From a virus (lineage: Duplodnaviria > Heunggongvirae > Uroviricota > Caudoviricetes): a DNA stretch of 64,000 nt. The stretch lies in IMG/VR virus record IMGVR_UViG_3300027708_003081. The stretch is one strand, 5' to 3'. The notes under the pieces are model-generated. The model was not told the DNA's origin. It did no database searches and worked only from the letters and a program-made list of their open reading frames with translations. The first letter of the stretch is position 1. Each line of letters begins with the position of its first letter. Shown piece by piece: positions 1 to 8,614 of this stretch. Position numbers and translations under genes: made by a program.

Positions 1-368
1 ACTTGATAGTTCTCATCATCAAATTGTGAATAATCAATTCGTGTATCAAAAAATATGTGAGATTGAATTCTTGCGTCCGTTACTTTAATACCATAAAAAT
101 TTGAGAAATAAAAACCAATTAAGGCAAGTGCCTGATGTCCACTTATTGAAAAGAAAGTTTCTATTATATTATATAATCTATCATCATCAATCCACAATCT
201 ACCTGACCAGTTTCTGTGATATGGTGGCACGGGTCCCGAAGAATAGAAATTAATATACCCACTACTATTTTCTTTCATAGTTAATTGTTTCCCGTATATA
301 TGGATGATAAATTTACGAATAATTCTCATTAATTCATCATCACTAAAATTGTCTACAACGTATTTCAT
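1..368 (-). CDS. Hypothetical protein, partial (runs off the left edge); begins MKYVVDNFSDDELMRIIRKF
   Basis: ATG at 368 on the minus strand, open to the window edge; same 'tatttcatattaa' junction as the three genes to its right. Confidence 0.7.
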   Translation of the reverse strand, partial: MKYVVDNFSDDELMRIIRKFIIHIYGKQLTMKENSSGYINFYSSGPVPPYHRNWSGRLWIDDDRLYNIIETFFSISGHQALALIGFYFSNFYGIKVTDARIQSHIFFDTRIDYSQFDDENYQ

Positions 369-369
369 A

Positions 370-645
370 TTAATCGCATCTATTTTTATAAAAATTTTTT
401 AATTCCTTATAGAACATCGTGTTAATAACATCAAACACATAATCAATATTATTTGATGTTACCCAATCAAGTTCTCCATCCTCCTGCATACCCAAATATA
501 ATCCGTCATATAAGAAATCATCAAATGAGCTATAATCACAAATATAGTTATAAGCATCCGAAGATTTGATATACTCCCTTAATTCTTTTATTCTTCTCAT
601 AACTTGCAATCTTTCTGCTTGTGTTTCCGTTATAATGTATTTCAT
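370..645 (-). CDS. Hypothetical protein with MKYIITETQAE leader (tandem paralog array)
   Basis: ORF track; first 11 aa identical to the two neighbouring ORFs. Confidence 0.8.
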   Translation of the reverse strand: MKYIITETQAERLQVMRRIKELREYIKSSDAYNYICDYSSFDDFLYDGLYLGMQEDGELDWVTSNNIDYVFDVINTMFYKELKNFYKNRCD

Positions 646-646
646 A

Positions 647-970
647 TTAATCTTCGCAATCGTTTATTAAATCTTCATAATGGTTAATTATATCATCACC
701 CATTCTTTTTTTAATTAATGCAATCATATAATTATAAAGTTGGAAAAATGTATCTGAACGTTTCCCAAAATCAAAATAGTTTAATAGATAAGCATTAGCA
801 CAACTTCTTGCAACAGAATCCATATAATCTTCTTTGCTTTCATAATGGCAGGGGTTATATAAATCAATTCCTTCCTCAACTATTTCACTTATCCAATCCC
901 AATCCTCGCCATTAATCCTACGAAGAAGTTTAATCCTTTCAGCCTGTGTTTCCGTTATAATGTATTTCAT
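647..970 (-). CDS. Hypothetical protein with MKYIITETQAE leader (paralog of 972..1295)
   Basis: Aligns end-to-end with 972..1295 (EDW.WIS.IV, NPC.YES.EDY.DSV, SDTF, RMGDDI, DLINDCE). Confidence 0.85.
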   Translation of the reverse strand: MKYIITETQAERIKLLRRINGEDWDWISEIVEEGIDLYNPCHYESKEDYMDSVARSCANAYLLNYFDFGKRSDTFFQLYNYMIALIKKRMGDDIINHYEDLINDCED

Positions 971-971
971 A

Positions 972-1295
972 TTAATTTTCGCAATCGTTTATTAAGTCTC
1001 CATAATACTCCATTATATCATCACCCATTCTTTGTTTAATTAACAATTTAATATAATCAGAAAGACTCAAAAAAGTATCTGAACCTTCCTCAGAACCAAG
1101 ATAGCTAACTAGATAAGTATTTGCAGTAGTTCTTGATACTGAATCCAAATAATCTTCTTCGCTTTCATAATTGCAGGGGTTAAACATATTAACCAAATCA
1201 TCAACTATTTGACTTATCCAATTCCAATCCTCACTATAAATCCTACGAAGAATTTTAATTTTTTCTGCTTGTGTTTCCGTTATAATGTATTTCAT
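972..1295 (-). CDS. Hypothetical protein with MKYIITETQAE leader (paralog of 647..970)
   Basis: ORF track; TATTTATA on the coding strand at 1301-1308. Confidence 0.85.
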   Translation of the reverse strand: MKYIITETQAEKIKILRRIYSEDWNWISQIVDDLVNMFNPCNYESEEDYLDSVSRTTANTYLVSYLGSEEGSDTFLSLSDYIKLLIKQRMGDDIMEYYGDLINDCEN

Positions 1296-1300
1296 ATCAT

Positions 1301-1323
1301 TATAAATATACGAGATATTTATA
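1301..1323. promoter_or_regulatory. Back-to-back TATTTATA late-type promoters for divergent genes
   Basis: TATAAATA at 1301-1308 (TATTTATA on minus, 5 nt before ATG 1295) and TATTTATA at 1316-1323 (5 nt before ATG 1329). Confidence 0.6.
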
Positions 1324-1328
1324 TCATT

Positions 1329-1856
1329 ATGAACTTACAAGAGAATATAAATAGAATTAAGGAGGTGATGGGACTAAATGAGCAGTCCTTTCTCCAAAAT
1401 TTAGTGGACAGGGCTGACCAAAAAAGAAAAGAACAAAATCCATACAGGGGGAAAGAATATAATCCCGAGAATACGGGTGATTTTTCCAATAGCAAAGTTA
1501 AGGAAATTGTCTGGAGAGCAGGAGAAATGAAACTTGACCCAAGAGGTGGAGGAATATGGTTTGCAGAAACAAAAAAAGGTGTGGAGGACTTCTCATATTC
1601 AGTTAGAAATGAAAAGAGGGAAGGAAAACCATATCATATTAACTTACAGAACCCAAAGTATTATGATAATTTTTGGCGTGGTTATTTGGATGATGCGGTT
1701 AGTCAAGGAAGAGAACAACTTATGGATATGTTGGCGGCAGATGGACACGACGGAATAATAATAGGTGAAGATACTTGGAATGATACGGGTGATGAATATG
1801 CCGTAACATCAAAACAATATGTTGTATTTAACCCTGAAAATATAAAACCCGCATAA
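1329..1856 (+). CDS. ADP-ribosyltransferase-like protein (ART-PolyVal type) with MNLQENINRIKEVMGLNE leader
   Basis: Motifs VWRAG, GIWFAE, YHINLQNP, GHDGIII, QYVVFNPENIK match phage polyvalent-protein ART domains; start revised to ATG 1329. Confidence 0.6.
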   Translation: MNLQENINRIKEVMGLNEQSFLQNLVDRADQKRKEQNPYRGKEYNPENTGDFSNSKVKEIVWRAGEMKLDPRGGGIWFAETKKGVEDFSYSVRNEKREGKPYHINLQNPKYYDNFWRGYLDDAVSQGREQLMDMLAADGHDGIIIGEDTWNDTGDEYAVTSKQYVVFNPENIKPA

Positions 1857-2272
1857 TGAACTTACAAGAAACAATAAGAAGAGTATTAATTGAAATGGAT
1901 GTAAATAAATCCAAAGATTGGGGAGATTCCAAAGAAAAATTGGAAAGAACTTTTAAATTCAAAGATTTTAATGACTCAATTGATTTTGTTAATAAGGTTG
2001 CAAAGATAGCTGAAAAACAAAACCATCATCCCGACATCACAATAAATTATAATAAGGTTACAATATCAATAACAGACCACGAAAAAGGTGGAGTCTCCGA
2101 TAAATGTCGTAAACTTGTTAAATCTATTAACGAATTAGAAAACCCTCACAAAGAAGAACAAAATGAATATGCAAGAACCTTGAAAAATGCAAGAAGACAG
2201 GGAGTTGGAACAAGATTCTCCAAAACAGCAATAAACGTTAATCCTATGAGATTTAGACCATATAATAGATAA
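1856..2272 (+). CDS. phhB: Pterin-4a-carbinolamine dehydratase-like protein with MNLQETIRRVLIE leader and basic tail
   Basis: LERTFKFKDF...FVNKVA.IAE.QNHHPDI.I.YNKV.I...DH..GG is the PCD/PhhB signature. Confidence 0.8.
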   Translation: MNLQETIRRVLIEMDVNKSKDWGDSKEKLERTFKFKDFNDSIDFVNKVAKIAEKQNHHPDITINYNKVTISITDHEKGGVSDKCRKLVKSINELENPHKEEQNEYARTLKNARRQGVGTRFSKTAINVNPMRFRPYNR

Positions 2273-2276
2273 CACT

Positions 2277-3116
2277 ATGAACTTACAAGAAACAATAAGA
2301 AAAGTATTAAGAGAAGAGCACGAAGATATGCATAGAAAGTTTAATATGTTTATGAGAAGAAGAGATTCCCAAATTAAGGATTCAATTAAAGGTTCTATGA
2401 AGATAATTTTAGCGGCAGTAAATGCAAATGGTATTGATAAATCAAAGGATTTTGTTATAGATGCAATATGTAATTCGGCGGTTATATTATTTTTTAATGA
2501 AAATAATTTGGATTTGGGTGGGGAAGAGTATTATGAATTGGCGAAGATATATCTAAAGAAATATTATAGTGATTATATTATAGAAAAATTAAAATCCGAT
2601 AAAGAAGAAATGAGAGAACAAATAGACAGAGTAAAGAATTGGATACAATTTTTGAATGAAAACATATCTAACACAGAATTCATAATTGATGATAATCAAT
2701 TTAAACTTTTGGTTGATAACGAATTGGTTAGTTCTTGTTATTTTACTATATTAGATAATTATGTTGGTTTACATGGTATGATTACTTACGAAAAGTTTTT
2801 AAAAATGGGATATGGTAAAATTTTAATGAAAAATATTTTTAATCATGTTAAAAATAAATTACATATGAATTTGATAAAATTATCAGTAATGAATGATAAT
2901 CATAGAGCGATAGATTTCTATAAAACGTTAGGATTTATAAGTGAAAAGGACAATAAAAATAAAATGAATCATACTATGTATAAAGAATTGGGTTCAGATA
3001 AAGAAGAAATGAAAGAGGCGGAACTAACAGAAAAGTGTTGGAAGGGATATACTCAAAAAGGAATGAAAACTATGTTTGGGAAGAGATATCCAAATTGTGT
3101 AAAGAAGAAGAAATAA
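2277..3116 (+). CDS. Multi-module protein: leader, hypothetical domain, GNAT acetyltransferase, C-terminal CWKGY..PNCV motif
   Basis: GNAT motifs KMGYGKILM, LSVMNDNHRAIDFYKTLGF; terminal EKCWKGYTQKGMKTMFGKRYPNCVKKKK. Confidence 0.7.
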   Translation: MNLQETIRKVLREEHEDMHRKFNMFMRRRDSQIKDSIKGSMKIILAAVNANGIDKSKDFVIDAICNSAVILFFNENNLDLGGEEYYELAKIYLKKYYSDYIIEKLKSDKEEMREQIDRVKNWIQFLNENISNTEFIIDDNQFKLLVDNELVSSCYFTILDNYVGLHGMITYEKFLKMGYGKILMKNIFNHVKNKLHMNLIKLSVMNDNHRAIDFYKTLGFISEKDNKNKMNHTMYKELGSDKEEMKEAELTEKCWKGYTQKGMKTMFGKRYPNCVKKKK

Positions 3117-3413
3117 CTACTTATTACATCTATCAGTAAAGAAGTCCATAATAGTTTTCTTGTGTACTGAATTAATATACTTCTCCATAACATCAAATAT
3201 TTCCGTCCACTCATCAGAGCTATCATCAATATCTCCGAAGTAATTATAATACATTTGTTCTATAACCCATCCACTAACAACAGCATAAAAATAATTTTTA
3301 TCCTCATCACATAATCCATACTCCATATATATTTTATCATAATCCTCCAATCTATATTTAACTAAATTATCAATTGCCCAAAGTCTTCTGAGTGCTCTAA
3401 TGTAATTATTCAT
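3117..3413 (-). CDS. Hypothetical protein, related to the RR..C..YF..C family at 370-1295 but without leader
   Basis: RRL..CD..Y..V..YYNYFGD.DD.SD..C.K pattern. Confidence 0.7.
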   Translation of the reverse strand: MNNYIRALRRLWAIDNLVKYRLEDYDKIYMEYGLCDEDKNYFYAVVSGWVIEQMYYNYFGDIDDSSDEWTEIFDVMEKYINSVHKKTIMDFFTDRCNK

Positions 3414-3425
3414 AATAGATAAATA

Positions 3426-3746
3426 TTATACTGATGATAATTCATTTTTAATATAGTGGGCGGTTTTCTTATACTCCTCATATAACTTATCAGTATATTT
3501 GGATAGAACATATTGTTTCAATTCGAATTCAACTTTACTATCCCATTCTTTTAAGAAATCTTTAGTTATGAAACTCATTAATGCGTGACGTAAAATAGAA
3601 TTAAGAACAGATTGTCTATAATTATTCCAATCACCATAATTTATGGGGGTTTTACTTACCGGACTGACGGCAGGATAAACTACTGTAATCATAAAAATAA
3701 CAAAATCATCCACATCATTTAATCTTCTTCTTATTCTAATTTCCAT
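3426..3746 (-). CDS. Hypothetical protein
   Basis: ORF track; TATCTTTA promoter-like motif upstream. Confidence 0.65.
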   Translation of the reverse strand: MEIRIRRRLNDVDDFVIFMITVVYPAVSPVSKTPINYGDWNNYRQSVLNSILRHALMSFITKDFLKEWDSKVEFELKQYVLSKYTDKLYEEYKKTAHYIKNELSSV

Positions 3747-3858
3747 AATACATAAAGATAAAAAAATACTATGGAATAAACAATTAACTTATTCACTCGG
3801 ACAACAAATCCCCCATTCCTGCGGATGGGGTTGTCCTCATTCATAAGTTAATTCTTTC

Positions 3859-3928
3859 TTCCCCTCATTCTATTCGGAGAAGTATAATTCCCCTCATTCT
3901 ATTCGGAGAAGTATAATTTCCCCTCATT
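3859..3928 (+). repeat. 29-bp direct tandem repeat TTCCCCTCATTCTATTCGGAGAAGTATAA x2 plus partial third copy (iteron-like)
   Basis: Exact copies at 3859-3887 and 3888-3916; TTCCCCTCATT again at 3918-3928. Confidence 0.9.
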
Positions 3929-4482
3929 AAATTCTCGCGACACTGCCGCGACAATTTACCCCCCATATATTATAACATATCTTATGTGGGTATAATATGA
4001 TAGTTGTAAAATTTAAAGACACCTATCGGAATTTATCCGATATTTTATATAATATCTTACATAGTATGGGAGAACTAAACCATATATGTTTGGGGACGTT
4101 AGTCCCCCATTATCATATGGTAATAATCTCCCACAAAATCCCACAATATAATATGTTTACTAATGGGGAATATTATCGTTCGTTTTATGTGGTGTAATAT
4201 ACACTTTTTCGTTGGAATAAATGGGGACATAAAACAAATTTTCGTTGAAGATATACTATTAAAGGTTCACTACGTTCACCCACCCGCATTTAATTTAAGT
4301 CTTCTATTTTTAGCTGGAAAATGTATATAGTAAAAAAGTGGTCTTCCTGATAGCGTCAGAAGGGAAAAAGTGGGGTTCTACCTATAACCAGCCTAATAAT
4401 GGTGGTAAAAAGTGGGAGGAAATGGTAGAACCTGTAACCCCTAATATGGGGGAAGGGGATTGTCCCCACTCCAACACCAAAC

Positions 4483-4617
4483 TGACAATATGACATTTTC
4501 AAATTTTTTAACAAAAAGTTATCCACATAGACAATATGTCAGTGTGGATAAGTGGGTGTGGATAACTTTATTTTTATATGTTCTTAACCTATATTTAACA
4601 CTATGGACAAATTGACA
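4483..4617. promoter_or_regulatory. DnaA-box cluster 1 (putative replication origin)
   Basis: TTATCCACA 4519-4527, TGTGGATAA 4543-4551 and 4557-4565; TGACA-N3-TGACA type repeats at 4483-4495 and 4605-4617; at the end of a long non-coding stretch. Confidence 0.65.
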
Positions 4618-4854
4618 TACGACATTCAAAGACTAACGGAGGACCGTATATGTGTGGAGGTGGGAATAAGTGGGGTAACATTAGGACTATTATATTTTGA
4701 GAAACCCAAACACATATGGAATAAGAAACCTATTCTCCCCACTAAATGGGGATGTGTGGATGCTAAAGTAGAGGGACTATACGAATATGGGGGTGACAAT
4801 ATCACCCCCAAGCAAATCATTTCACACTGTCAGGTCCTCATAGAGAACCTTTAA
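4603..4854 (+). CDS. Hypothetical protein
   Basis: ORF track. Confidence 0.55.
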   Translation: MDKLTYDIQRLTEDRICVEVGISGVTLGLLYFEKPKHIWNKKPILPTKWGCVDAKVEGLYEYGGDNITPKQIISHCQVLIENL

Positions 4855-5251
4855 TAGACTTCCAACATACTTTATATAACTTTTCATTTGTACGAGCAAC
4901 CACTTCAAAGGGGTTGTTTAGATAACCATACTGTTCATTAAGTTTGTAATACTTGGAACGAATGGGTTGGGTATAATGGGTATATTCGTGGATGGTGGTT
5001 TTAATCAGGTCTTTAATATTCTTATTGTTCTCGGGAAATATATTCAACTTATTTTTAACGCAGTCATAACACCCGAAGTACTTACCATATTTTTTAAGTA
5101 AGCGTTTGGGTTGGGGACCCACATAATAAGTGAACTCATTCTTTCTTCTATGGTTTATACCAAAGAACTGCTGACACCACTTAATGGTTTCCCCCACGAT
5201 ACGCTTATGCTCACGGGGGGATAGATTATATGTCTTTGTTGTTATTTTCAT
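4838..5251 (-). CDS. Putative zinc metallopeptidase (HExxH, SprT-like)
   Basis: TTIHEYTHYTQ and NPFEVVAR; start revised to ATG 5251, directly after a TACCTTTG promoter. Confidence 0.65.
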   Translation of the reverse strand: MKITTKTYNLSPREHKRIVGETIKWCQQFFGINHRRKNEFTYYVGPQPKRLLKKYGKYFGCYDCVKNKLNIFPENNKNIKDLIKTTIHEYTHYTQPIRSKYYKLNEQYGYLNNPFEVVARTNEKLYKVCWKSIKGSL

Positions 5252-5255
5252 AATA

Positions 5256-5286
5256 CAAAGGTACGACAATTAATTGAGACAGCAAA
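5256..5286 (-). promoter_or_regulatory. Bacteroidota sigma70-type promoter (-33 TTTG / -7 TAnnTTTG)
   Basis: TTTG (5286-5283), N19, TACCTTTG (5263-5256), then 4 nt and ATG. Confidence 0.75.
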
Positions 5287-5320
5287 ATCTATTTTTATTA
5301 TATATAATATATTTATATGT

Positions 5321-5779
5321 ATGAATAAACAGGAAGTAGAAAGTAGTCTCCCCTTTAAGGCCGTTAAAAAGATATTAAAAAAAAATTATCCATTTATTGT
5401 TAGATTGGTGGTCCCCGATGATGTGGAGAAATATAGCTCCCTAATATTTTTAGATATATACATAGACATATTCAAGTTAATGGAGATTATGCCAAAGTAT
5501 GAGCTTGATAATTTTTATAAGAAGTATTATTTAAACCACTCTGAACAAAATATATGGGGAGCATCAAGTTTTGCAGCATTTTTTAATGGTGCTAACATAC
5601 ACGAAAGAATTGCTTATTTCAAACCACTTATTGATGATATACTAAAGATACTACATAGTGTAGCTCGGTCCACTGCAATCCCCAAAGAATTAAGATTAGC
5701 AAATGATAGAGTATTTGATATATCAAATTTCTATATTGATAAGGATACACTTAAGAGTGGGTTACCTTCTCAACCTTAA
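5321..5779 (+). CDS. Hypothetical protein (KK.YPFIV family, cf. 8615)
   Basis: ORF track; TATTTATA just upstream. Confidence 0.75.
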   Translation: MNKQEVESSLPFKAVKKILKKNYPFIVRLVVPDDVEKYSSLIFLDIYIDIFKLMEIMPKYELDNFYKKYYLNHSEQNIWGASSFAAFFNGANIHERIAYFKPLIDDILKILHSVARSTAIPKELRLANDRVFDISNFYIDKDTLKSGLPSQP

Positions 5780-6152
5780 CTCTCCATCCATCAATACCAA
5801 AAAAAGATAACATCTCCCTACACTTATATCCAACTTCCCTTCTGATATTATTATTGGTGTTATTTACATCACTTCTATTTATGCGGCGGGGAACATATTC
5901 AAATAGAAGGTCCCCATGCTCATCTCTTGCTCTTGTACTATCCTGATTCCATACAGATGCTTTAACCTTACTCTCCACCACCTTAACATTAAATCTGAAA
6001 TCACCCCACTTACCTTTGGGAGCAATAACAGATGATACCTTAACCTTTATCTGCATTCTATATGTTGTAACTTCTATTACCCTATCCACCATAACCTTCT
6101 TGGTCTGCTTTGCAACATACTTATTAAACTTGATAACTTGTTCGTCCGTCAT
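5751..6152 (-). CDS. Hypothetical protein
   Basis: ORF track; TATCTTTG at 6180-6173 upstream. Confidence 0.75.
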   Translation of the reverse strand: MTDEQVIKFNKYVAKQTKKVMVDRVIEVTTYRMQIKVKVSSVIAPKGKWGDFRFNVKVVESKVKASVWNQDSTRARDEHGDLLFEYVPRRINRSDVNNTNNNIRREVGYKCREMLSFFGIDGWRVKVEKVTHS

Positions 6153-6218
6153 ATGATTTATTTTATTGGGTACAAAGATATGATATAGTCAAGACATATG
6201 GAAATAAAGTTATTAACA

Positions 6219-6361
6219 GACAAGGTGTCATACTGTGGATAACTTATATAGGGAGGGGGATAATAAAAAGTTATCCACATACCCCCGTGGATAAGTCCCC
6301 CCTGGATGGGGATAACTACCCCCCTCCCCCCGTATCCCCCCTTATATAGGACAAAATGACA
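6219..6361. promoter_or_regulatory. DnaA-box cluster 2 with G/C homopolymer runs (putative origin, second half)
   Basis: TGTGGATAA 6234-6242, TTATCCACA 6271-6279, CGTGGATAA 6286-6294, degenerate GGGGATAA copies; GGACA-AAA-TGACA 6349-6361. Confidence 0.6.
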
Positions 6362-6442
6362 GGTTTAGGGGGGACAATCCCCTATGTTAATCAAAAAAAA
6401 TTTTTGGGAAAAATGGGGTATTTATATGTAAACAAATATATT

Positions 6443-6766
6443 ATGGGAAAATTTATAATTACAGAAGAAGAAAAAAAACATATAAAGAGTTTATATGAAC
6501 AACAAACAACGGGTACGACACCAAATTCATTATATATGGCTGCGGGAACAAAGTTTTGTTTTTTTGGAAGTTGTAGGGTGGATATAAAAGTCATAAATAA
6601 AGAAACAAGTCAAATCATAACAAGTAAAGGTGCTGAGGGAAAAGATGTTAATCAATTATATTCTCAAGTAATTAAATTGGTTCAGGATGAATTGGCGACC
6701 CAAAAGATAACGGGTGTTACATTACCAACATTAGAACAACTTCAAGATACAAGTCCAAAGAAATAA
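6443..6766 (+). CDS. Hypothetical protein with MGKFIITEEEKKHI leader
   Basis: Start revised to ATG 6443 after TATTTATA. Confidence 0.75.
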   Translation: MGKFIITEEEKKHIKSLYEQQTTGTTPNSLYMAAGTKFCFFGSCRVDIKVINKETSQIITSKGAEGKDVNQLYSQVIKLVQDELATQKITGVTLPTLEQLQDTSPKK

Positions 6767-6789
6767 TTGTATGTAATAATAAAATTAAT

Positions 6790-6816
6790 CCCCTCTCCTA
6801 ATAAGAGGGGTTTTTT
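6790..6816 (+). terminator. Rho-independent terminator
   Basis: CCCCTCT-loop-AGAGGGG followed by T6. Confidence 0.8.
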
Positions 6817-6989
6817 ATTTCCTAGAACACGACCCCCTTCTCTAAATTAGTACCCTATATATGAAAAAAAATTTTTGGGAAAAATGGGGGTGTTTTAGAT
6901 TTTGTTTTTCTAAAACACGACGGGGTGTTTATAAAAAGGGGCGGCATATTAAAAAAAAATTTTCTGGATTTTTTTGGTATTTATGGAAT

Positions 6990-7343
6990 ATGAAAAAGAT
7001 TATAAGATTAACGGAATCTGATTTGAATAGGATTATTAAAAGAGTTATAAATGAGAGCGATAATAAATTATTTTTTTTAAGGAGACTTAGAAAATATGAT
7101 TCTTTAATTGATTATAAGATGAAAGAATCTTTAAAATCGTATTGTAAGGGAGGGACAAAAAAGGAATATGTTCAGTGGGTTAAGGACTTTATATTGGTAT
7201 CAATTGAAAGAAATGATTTTGATAATATCCATTTTTATTTTGGTGTTGATGAGTTTAGTGAAGATACTAAAAAATTCGAAAAATTTTTTGATTTACTATA
7301 TTCTAAAAAGATAGAATCATATTACGATAATAATTGTAAGTGA
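6990..7343 (+). CDS. Hypothetical protein with MKKIIRLTESDL leader (RR..C..YF..C family)
   Basis: Start revised to ATG 6990 after TATTTAT. Confidence 0.8.
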   Translation: MKKIIRLTESDLNRIIKRVINESDNKLFFLRRLRKYDSLIDYKMKESLKSYCKGGTKKEYVQWVKDFILVSIERNDFDNIHFYFGVDEFSEDTKKFEKFFDLLYSKKIESYYDNNCK

Positions 7344-7425
7344 TATCAGTTACTTTAAAAGAAATAAACCTAGCATTATTGACTAGGTTTTTTTATTTTA
7401 TTATGTTTATGAAAAATTAAACAAT

Positions 7426-7821
7426 ATGAATAAGTTAGAGATTTTAATGGATAGATGTCCTGAACAGGTTGAAGAGTTAGTTAATAAGTTATATAATGAA
7501 AATTTCAAAAAGAAGAATAAGACAATATTTCATTTTGGAGCTATTGGGAAAATATATGACAGTAATAAGTTTGTTGATAACTATATTAATTTCTTAAAGG
7601 ATATATCAAAGATTCATAGTTATGAGTTTTTTCAGTTATGTCTCCCCGCTTATTATATATCAAAGGATTCTGAATCATTTAGTGAATCGCATATTGAAAG
7701 AAACTGTGTTGTTAATATATGTGAGGGTTTTTATGTATCCACATATAGTTCCACCGAAAAGAAGATTGAGCACATAAAGAATATATGTGAGATGCTTGGC
7801 GTTAATATGATTGAGATGTAA
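7426..7821 (+). CDS. Hypothetical protein, possibly a SeqA-C-terminal-like DNA-binding domain
   Basis: ORF is clear; FYVSTYSSTEKKIEHIKNICEMLG only loosely resembles such domains. Confidence 0.6.
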   Translation: MNKLEILMDRCPEQVEELVNKLYNENFKKKNKTIFHFGAIGKIYDSNKFVDNYINFLKDISKIHSYEFFQLCLPAYYISKDSESFSESHIERNCVVNICEGFYVSTYSSTEKKIEHIKNICEMLGVNMIEM

Positions 7822-7854
7822 TGGGTTTTTTATTTATATAAGGTATTTATTATT

Positions 7855-8199
7855 ATGAAAATTATTATAACGGAATCTCAATTTATTCAAATCACAATAG
7901 AACTTCAAAATGAGTTGGATAAATTAAAACGTGAGAATGAATCTGTAATTAATAGGTATGAGGAAATAAAAGATAAGTTAAATAAAATTAATTATCTTGA
8001 GAATCCAAAGTATACATATACGGTTGATTCAAGGGAGAACATAATTGCAAAGGTTAAAGGACCCGACAATAATTGGATTAGTATTCATTTGGGTCCAAAG
8101 AAAAGATTTGATAAATTACCTCCAGGTGAATTTGAGGATAAGATTAAAGATATTCTTATTGATAAGTTTATTAAAAAATTCCCCCCTTATTCAACGTAG
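7855..8199 (+). CDS. Hypothetical coiled-coil protein with MKIIITESQ leader
   Basis: ORF track; TATTTAT upstream. Confidence 0.75.
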   Translation: MKIIITESQFIQITIELQNELDKLKRENESVINRYEEIKDKLNKINYLENPKYTYTVDSRENIIAKVKGPDNNWISIHLGPKKRFDKLPPGEFEDKIKDILIDKFIKKFPPYST

Positions 8200-8241
8200 G
8201 TTTTTTATTATGTGTGGATATTTATAATTAAAAATAATATT

Positions 8242-8550
8242 ATGGCAAGAATAACAAAATTAACGGAAGCAGATTTAAATAGATTGGTTAAAAAGGTAAT
8301 TAAGGAAGATGAGGAATTTTCACCTAAATGGAATGTAACCAACCGCCCTGAAAAAGAAAAATCTTTTGATGAATATAGAAGTGAACTCGGTCGTCATTTG
8401 GAAACCCTCAAACAAACTTATAATGATTTAATTAATATTTCAATGGAGGCTGCAGATAATGATTCATTATCTGATGAAGAAAAAGATGAAATAGAATCCG
8501 CGATTGAAGCGTCACTTGATGACCCTTATGGAATGTTTTTGCAAGACTAA
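8242..8550 (+). CDS. Acidic hypothetical protein with MARITKLTEADL leader
   Basis: Start revised to ATG 8242; followed by terminator 8571-8598. Confidence 0.8.
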   Translation: MARITKLTEADLNRLVKKVIKEDEEFSPKWNVTNRPEKEKSFDEYRSELGRHLETLKQTYNDLINISMEAADNDSLSDEEKDEIESAIEASLDDPYGMFLQD

Positions 8551-8614
8551 TCTTTTTTAAACTTATATAACCCCCATCTTTAATAGTGGGGGTTTTTTAT
8601 TATATTTATATATT

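Noticed and set aside
1301-1323. T4-type TATAAATA as the sense late promoter
   Set aside because: It fits only at divergent gene pairs; tandem genes such as terminase, portal, 8615 and 19398 have TATTTAT(A) on the coding strand.
3859-3928. CRISPR array
   Set aside because: The 29-bp units are contiguous with no spacers, and no cas genes are present.
3997-4197. 66-aa ORF in the origin region
   Set aside because: Atypical composition in a repeat-rich non-coding tract; probably spurious.
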